From assembly GCA_951406725.2 (NCBI GenBank), contig OX597830.1:29636001-29700000 (forward strand): a DNA stretch of 64,000 nucleotides, written 5' to 3'. This stretch comes from Octopus vulgaris (taxonomy: Eukaryota). Both the position numbers and the translations under genes were made by a program. The notes beneath the pieces are model-generated. The model was not told the origin of the DNA and did no database searches. It worked only from the letters and a program-made list of their open reading frames with translations. This document shows positions 56,025-64,000 of this stretch, one piece after another (position 1 is the stretch's first letter; each line of letters opens with the position of its first letter).

Positions 56025-56295
56025 GGGTCGTCAGCCTCACAATCATGATGTATTGAGTACAGTCCCCGGTTTCTGCATTTTATTCTTTAGCAAGACACTT
56101 TATTTCTCGTTGCTCTAGTTCACTCAGCTATCGAAATGACTTGTGACGTCACTGCGGCTAAGCTGCATTGGGTTTTGCCTTTCCTTCGATAACATTGGTG
56201 GCATGGAAAGGATAGGCTGTGTTAACCTCGGAGTGTAACTTTCCAGGTGCAATCTAATCCAATGGTCATTCATGGCCGAAGGGGCGCTTCACCCT
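56025..56295 (+). mobile_element. SINE family C, diverged
   Basis: Similar to 40207-40528. Confidence 0.75.
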
Positions 56296-56743
56296 TTAAA
56301 CTATTACATAAGGACTGATTCGGTGTGACTAAGGACAAATACGAAGTGAAAACCTAATAATTTTCATATAATGCATGAGCAAAATATAAAATCTACAGAG
56401 ATGGATACATCCATTTTCTTTTTAGGCTTCTGTTTGCAATGTTGATATAAAAAAACTATTTGCTACAATCCAATGAACAACGCCAGCTTTGTCATATACC
56501 ATCTGTTACCTATGGAATAGAAGGAATAAATGGATAAATAGATAAATAAATGCCAAGAACTGAGATCAATGAAGTTACCTGTAGAACAAGTCGTAACAAG
56601 GAATGAGTAAAAAAAAGGAAAATAAAGTATATTTTAATGATAAGAAAACTCATTATCATCATCGTCGTCGTCGTCGTCATCATCTTCTTCTTCCTCCTCC
56701 TACTCCTCCTCCTCCTCCTCATCATCATCATCATCATTATCAA

Positions 56744-56804
<61 letters not shown>

Positions 56805-56959
56805 TTTTTATTTGTTTCTTTCTCTCTTATTCTTTTCTTCTCCCTTTTTTCTTTCACATCGTTAAAATTTATCCTTATCATCATCAACAGCAATCTCGGT
56901 GTCATCATCTTAACCGTCATCATCATCGTTGCAATTACGTCGATGCTTAATTTATCGAC

Positions 56960-57349
56960 CGATGCTTATTTTATCGACCCTGAAAGGATGAAAAGCAAAT
57001 TTGACCTCGGCGGAATTTGAACTCAGAAGACGAACGAAATATCGGTAAGCGTTTCGTCCGGCGTCCTAACGATTCTGAGAGCACGCGGCATTCTGATTAA
57101 TTAATTAATGATAATCGTTTCCCCTAAACGTTGAAGACCTGAAATTTTCGGGGAGGGGTCTAGCCGGTCACATCGACACTAGTGTTTTACTAGTACTTAA
57201 TTTATCGATGGCGTTAGGATGAAAGGCGAAGTCGAACCCAGCGGAATTTGAACTCAGAACACGAAGACGGACGAAATGCCGCTGAGCATTTTCCCCGGCT
57301 TGCTAACCATTCTGATAGCTCACCCCCTTCTGATTAATTAATTAATTTA

Positions 57350-57408
<59 letters not shown>

Positions 57409-57645
57409 CAATCAATTAATTAATCAGAAGGCGGTGAGCTGTCAGAATCGTTAGCACGCCGGTCTAAATGCTTAGCGACATTTCATCCAACCCCATGTTC
57501 TGAGTTCAAATTCCATCGAGGTCGACTTTGCCTTTTATCCATTCGGGGTCGATTAAATAAATACCAGTTACGCACTGGGATCGATGTAATCGACTTAATC
57601 CCTTCCTCCAAATTTGAGGCTTTGTGATTCCAGTAGTAAGGATTA
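56960..57645. mobile_element. Head-to-head family A SINEs around (TTA)n
   Basis: Two minus copies ~56960-57330, one plus copy ~57430-57640. Confidence 0.85.
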
Positions 57646-57655
57646 TTATTATTAA

Positions 57656-57747
<92 letters not shown>

Positions 57748-58324
57748 GCAAATAATGCTTTCGTGCATTTTAAGAAATGCGATATAACAGAAACATTATC
57801 ATTCTGCATTTGTGACGTAAAACTTACGTAACCACATCAATGATGCTACACACTTAAAGTTAGACACACCCACATCCCGATGAGATATACAGACATATTA
57901 AAGGTTTGCTGGTGTGCATATATGCGTATATGCTTGTTTTTGTCGTTGTTTATGTTGTTTATGTAAGTGAGCTATGATCGAGGAAATATATGACCAATGG
58001 CATCATAATCCTGATCATTCTGTTTTCCTCTTTTACTCTTTGCAAGAAGCCTAGAATCTCATTCAATGTGTCCTTTTCAAGAGCGTGCGTTTCTGATTTA
58101 ACGTTGATTTAGTTGTTGTTTCTAGCAAGTGTCAGTACCCCGTTTGCGATCCCTCATTGGCCAGCGAATGCATGTGTTCGTACGTGCGTGTATTTGAGTT
58201 TAAGTTTGTGTCCTTGTCTGAATGAGTGACTATGTTTGAGTGGTGTGTGAATGTGCCTATGTGATTATATAGGAGTGGGTTGTACCATTGTCACTTTTTG
58301 TGTGAGTATATGCTGATGTATATA

Positions 58325-58541
58325 TATTTCTTTACTACCCACAAGGGGCTAAACATAGAGTGGACAAACAAAGACAGACAAAGGGATTAAGTCGATTACA
58401 TCGACCCCAGTGCGAAACTGGTACTTAATTTATCGACCCTGAAAGGATGAAAGGCAAAGTCGACCTCGGCGGAATTTGAACTCAGAATGTAACGACAGAC
58501 GAAATACGACTACGCATTTCGCCCGGCGTGCTAAGGTTTCT
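58325..58541 (-). mobile_element. SINE family A
   Basis: Reverse complement of 34387-34618, missing the extreme 5' end. Confidence 0.9.
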
Positions 58542-59651
58542 GAGGATGTATATAAGCGTGTGTCATGCATATATAATATACGTGTGTGTAAGTCTGTGCG
58601 CACGAGTGTATACGTCAGCCTGCGTTTACGCGACAACTGCCGTTGTTGTGTGTTCGGCAGTATGTGCGCGTGTGTGTGATATATGATGGTCCGATGGTCT
58701 AATCAGCTACAGGTGACTAAGTAATGTTAACGCGTAAACAGAATAAAAGAGAAAGGTCGTTCCGGATTGATTCTCACCATCGGACAAAATCATTTCCGTT
58801 ATGAATTAGATACATTCACGATAAGAGCCGTAGAGGAGGGATGCAGGAAAGAAGAAATGGAGGTTGACAAAGCATTGAAGACTAAGAGAATAGAAAGAGA
58901 GGCTTAGGGAGTGACGGAGGTGGAGAGATAGATAGACAGATAGAGAGAGAGAGAGAGAGAGAGAGTGTGTGTGTGTATGTATGTGTATGTGTGTGCCTGT
59001 TAGATGGAGTGAGAATGGTAGAGAGAGACTAAATTAGTGAATGAGTCAATTATTGAAGGAGTGAGTGAGTGAGTTACTAAACGAATGAGTGGAGTTGGAA
59101 TTGATAGAATAAAGAGCTTTCGCTACAGCATTTACGTGTTAGCGAGATTGCACTATTATCATAAAACAGTCTAATCTATTTGCTGGTGTTGCTTAGGTCC
59201 CAGTCAGGCTTGATATTTCGTATGGGACCGTCACTGACAAACATTATCCAGTGTTTCATTTGTCTTATAAAAACAACAAGCTCTGTTTCAAGTGTGACAT
59301 CTTCGGGTCCTCAGCGACCATGTAGAATGCATCTTCTTTAGCGCGACAATATACCGTCGTAAACTATACAATGCAAAAACTCATAGGGTAAGAGGAAGGC
59401 TGTTCAATTCATCATCATAAGTTTAGAGTGATATTTCTTGGATCAAGCGTCGCATTGTCTCCTTCAGTGAGTGACTTCATTTCGCGTTCCTTCAATCAAC
59501 TCAGCTGTAATAAGTACTTACTGAGTGCTAGTGCAATTATCTTTCCTTCTATCATACACTAAAATGTCTCACTGTATCAAGAGGCGGCAGTGAAAACATT
59601 TGATTCCTCACGACTCTCTCAGCGACTAAGATCAATATGCAAATACATAAA

Positions 59652-60450
59652 GGGCAGCGAGCTGGCAGAAACGTTAGCACGCCGGGCGAAATGCTTAGCG
59701 GTACTTCGGCTGCCGCTACGTTCTGAGTTCAAATTCCGCCGAGGTCGACTTTGCCTTTCATCCTTTCGGGGTCGATTAAATAAGTACCAGTTACGCACTG
59801 GGGCCGATATAATCGACTTAATCCATTTGCCTGTCCTTGTTTGTCCTCTCTATGTTTAGCCCCTTATGGGTAGTAAAGATATAGAAATTCTTCTGCCGTT
59901 ATGTTCTGAGTTCAAATTCCGCCGAGGTCGACTTTGCCTTTCATCCTTTCGCGTTCGATAAATTAAGTACCAGTTACGTACTGGGATCGATGTAATCGAC
60001 TTAATCCGTTTGCCTGTCCTTGTTTGTCTCCTCTATGTTTAGCCCCTTGTGGGGAACAAAGAAGTAAGAAACGTTAGCACGCCGGGCGGAATGCTTAGCG
60101 GTATTTCGTCTGCCGTTACGTTCTGAGTTCAAATTCCGCCGAGATCGACTTTGCCTGTCATCCTTTCGGGGTCGATAAATTAAGTACCAGTTACGCAATG
60201 GAGTCGATATAATCGAGTTAATCTGTTTGTCTGTCCTTGTTTGTCCCGTCTGTGTTTAGCCCCTTATGGGTAGTAAAGAAATAGGTTTATCGAATGCCGC
60301 TACGTTCTGTGTTCCAATTCCAACAAGGTCGACTTTGCCTTTCATCCTTTCGCGGTCGATTAAGTAAGTACCAGTTGCGTTCTGCGGTAGCTCTTATCGA
60401 CTGCAACCACTCCCCCAAAATTTCGGGCCTTGTGCCTACAGTAGAAATGA
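59652..60450 (+). mobile_element. Tandem array of four family A SINE units
   Basis: One full head, then head-truncated units starting near 59885, 60067 and 60290. Confidence 0.9.
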
Positions 60451-60842
60451 ATATGCGAATACATGGTAGTATGTTACTTGATATTTTCGAATGACAACTA
60501 ATTATCTTGCATAATTTTTTGAATATCTCTGTCAGGGCGAAAGTAGCTCATGTAAGAGTCTCATATTGGTGAGAAAGAATAAGAGGGAGAAGGAATTTGG
60601 GAAAGAGAGGGGTGGGTTGGGGAACTGCACGTCGTTAATTAAGATATTAAATTTTAAATATTCTCTCCGGAAAGATTTCGATATACCCTGAAAGTTAAAT
60701 ATTAGTAGGCATAATTGTGTGGTAAAATGCTTCCTTCCGAAACATATGCTCCTGGGCTCAATCCAACTGCACGACACTTTCTCCCACTTGTGAAAGGTGC
60801 TGCACACTATTATTAACTCTAATCGAGTAATTATGCAAAGAA

Positions 60843-60869
60843 ATAATAATGATAATAATAATAATGATG

Positions 60870-60951
<82 letters not shown>

Positions 60952-60980
60952 GGATAATAATAATAATAATGATAATAATA

Positions 60981-61065
<85 letters not shown>

Positions 61066-61075
61066 TAATAATAAT
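60843..61075. repeat. (TAA)n
   Basis: Direct reading. Confidence 0.97.
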
Positions 61076-61630
61076 ACCAGGCAGTGGCTCTCATGGCTTC
61101 TGATCTTAACTGATTGGAAGTGTTATCATGTACATTGTTTTGTCTTGGTATAAAAGATGGGCTACAGCAGATATTCTGCTCAATACCACAGATTTGCTTG
61201 TCAGTTGTTTGACCTTAACCAGCTGAGCATGTCCCTTAGTGGCTGACGATATGTGCATCTTTGATCGCGAGCAGAAGTAGTGGGGGAGCATCATAGCCAT
61301 GTGTTGAGAGGGATTCTTTGAGGTTTGAATAATTCACCTCTGGAAACATGGGTGTTTCGTTCAACATCCTTAAACAACTCTTATTCATGGACCTTTTGAG
61401 TGGGATAGGTTACTCGACCTGAAGAAAATTCTAACTGGGCTCCACCTGCAAGGTCATGTGCTGTTTATTTTGATATGAGATCACCATGTCACGCACATAT
61501 GTTTGTGATGCATGTGCTTAGTGTACCCTTATCAGACGGGTAGTCATGATGGGTATACTGGGCTTCGTATATTTTACCCCAGTGTCACTTTGATGGCATG
61601 CACTGCTCTCTCACTCAATAATAATAATAA
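61076..61630 (+). mobile_element. Non-coding ~540-bp insertion in (TAA)n, ending in a TAA tail
   Basis: Sharp switch from (TAA)n to complex sequence and back (...ctctctcactcaataataataataa). Confidence 0.6.
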
Positions 61631-63104
61631 CAAACCCTGGAAATAAAGTAGTAAAATTAAAATGCAGTTTACATGGTAAATCCAAATACTCTCTAATCCA
61701 AAATAATCTCAAATCCATGTAAGATGATACAACTATTCCGATTTGTAGTTGGGATTAACAGTGAAGATTTTGCATAGAGGACTTTGAAATGAGAGGACAA
61801 ATCGAATATATGTTTCTTTGCAAGAATTGATTTTGCTATTTTTTCCATTCTTCGGATAGAAAAATACAAAAATCGCATAATTTAAATCACAAACATGCAT
61901 ACGTTTCGGATAATCTAAACCATGAGCATGCATATCATGTTCCGACATGGACTGATTCAGCAATAATATTCCTTTAATTATCTGAAGGTAAATGACGTTG
62001 TCATTATGATATTGGACTGACGATAATATATCGTCTGCTCAATTCCGGGTCCACGTGAAAAGAAAAGAAAATACCAGCCTGTTGCTGGTGGTGCCCTTTT
62101 CTCATTCACCTATCACTCCCAATGCCTGAATGTGTTTTGAAGTTTAATAAACATTTGAATGAATTATCGAAACCGTGCTGCTAACGTGTACTATGTAACA
62201 GAAATTATATTTCGAGTTTAAATTAAATTTGTACGTATAATCTCTCAGACCGAGGAAATCGTTGAAAGTGATATAATTAGTGTAAATATGACTAGGAGAA
62301 CGTTATATCTGATTAGAACACCAGGAGCAAAAAACAATCGAAATGTATTTAAGGCGAAGTTTGAAAATGAGATGCAGAAAGTTATCACCATTTTCACTCT
62401 AGATCCTTGTGCGTATTTCATATGGGTTATACGCTCACATCAGAAATCTGCACGGAAGATAACCCGCTGAGCTGAGCTTTATCCTTTCCTATTGCGCCCA
62501 TAAGGTTTGAAGGAACAGTAATACTATTATAATTTTATCGCATTTCTGGTGCCAATGCTATAGAAATAACGGTTCCTGAAATTTGTAAACCCACATTTTG
62601 GAAAGGCAGTGTTATACTGCGAGGGCACGGATTTTTCGATCCTAAACTGCAAAATATTACACTGCAATCATTTATGAACTGATGCTTATATCAGAACATC
62701 AATTCACAATTTTCTTTTAACTGTTACTGTACAATCGCTTCTATGGAATACTCATCGTTTTATCTTCCTCGCCTGTCTCTTCTCCCTTTCTCTGACCCCT
62801 CTACCTCATCCTCCCTCCACACATTTGTTCATACAAACATACATATAAAATATATATATGCATATATACATATACATACTTACACACAAGCATACACACA
62901 AAAAAATATTAATTTAATAAGTAACAAATTTCACCAAGTAGCTTCGGTATAGAAAAAAAAAACATTATCGGTAAAAACTTCAACAAAAAGTTTTTTTAAT
63001 AATTATAAATAGAATAAAGGGTTTAGCAAAACGTTGCTTCACCACATACCGAAAATTTAGAAATAGCAGTAAAAAAACCGCTAATTCTTTTAACTACATA
63101 TATA

Positions 63105-63145
<41 letters not shown>

Positions 63146-63151
<6 letters not shown>

Positions 63152-63971
63152 GCGGTAGGTAAATGTCGCCATTATCTATTTTTTATTTCGCCCATGCACG
63201 TTGTGTACTTTTGGATTTTGTCGACCACACAATATAGTAGGTTCAGTTGGGGATTCTCTGTAAGTAAAACATCACCATGACGCAATTAACTTTGCCAGAA
63301 ATTGTAATTGACATTCTGTAATGCTTGGTATTCGCACCGGAGTCTCCAATACAAACATTTCAAAGTGTTTGTGTGTCGACCTGAGAACAGTTCAGTCAGA
63401 GGACATGTAGTGAGAGTGACAAAAATCAAACATCCATTCAACATTATGGTGCTTGGAATGATGGCGACTTTATGCCTCCATTCATCTTCCCACAAGGCCT
63501 CAGACTCAACACCGAGGCCTACATCAATTGCCTGGAGGATGTAGAGCTACCCTGGGACAAAAGAGTGTCTACTGGAAGACCATAGGTCTAGCAAGAGGTC
63601 TCTGCACCGAGCCACACATGTAGGAGTACACGATCATGGCTATCAGACAATTTCTGCGACCACATCGCCCCTGGGTCGCAGTTGAGCGAGAAACCAGCTT
63701 AAACTCCTTCAATGCCAAAGATGAACTGAAGGCAAGGATTATGGCAGCATTCACTAACTTAGACAAGGAAACCGACCAGAAGAGCTGTAGGAGATTCCGA
63801 AGTCGTCATGAGGATGTGGTTGAAGCCACGGGTGATTTTATTGAATAAATTTACTCTTTAGTATATCAAGATAATTTTATGTAATTTCGGTAAATATATC
63901 TGTTAAAAAAAGATGTCAGTGTTATTTTCGTTTTTGCGTAAATCAGACGAAAGTGTATTTACTGCACCCTG
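63146..63971 (+). mobile_element. Internally deleted Tc1/mariner-superfamily transposon (maT/DD37D-like) in (TA)n
   Basis: Termini tagggtgcggta / tactgcaccctg. Peptides KHPFNIMVLG, MPPFIFPQGLRLNTEAYINCLE, QEVSAPSH and CRRFRSRHEDVVEATGDFIE*. Confidence 0.8.
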
Positions 63972-64000
63972 TATATATATATATATATATATATATATTC

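Noticed and set aside
58688-58785. 10-bp inverted repeat gtccgatggt/accatcggac
   Set aside because: Too short, with no TSD or second copy in the window.
59652-60450. Regularly repeated units resembling a CRISPR array
   Set aside because: Units are ~200-bp SINEs with no unique spacers and no cas genes, in a eukaryotic context.
61693-62130. Non-repetitive minus-strand ORFs as possible host exons
   Set aside because: No recognisable domain and no convincing splice structure.

Overview
This is AT-rich, repeat-saturated eukaryotic DNA. The SINE families and microsatellite load point to an octopod cephalopod (Octopus-like); that assignment is inference. I found no intact host protein-coding gene, and almost all supplied ORFs are microsatellite or SINE read-through. 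The window contains: three tRNA-derived SINE families (dozens of copies, some with intact TSDs); five Tc1/mariner relics with TIRs; Penelope-like element (PLE) relics with GIY-YIG or RT motifs, one with a ~750-bp inverted pseudo-LTR; a 5'-truncated R4/Dong-type LINE end inside (TAA)n; and many microsatellites. The main hidden signal is about ten type-I hammerhead ribozyme (HHR) motifs of mostly unrelated sequence, many inside short fold-back elements next to microsatellites. They include a G3:C8 compensatory-core variant and a palindrome that encodes an HHR on each strand. All structures and alignments were read by eye; SINE boundaries are approximate.
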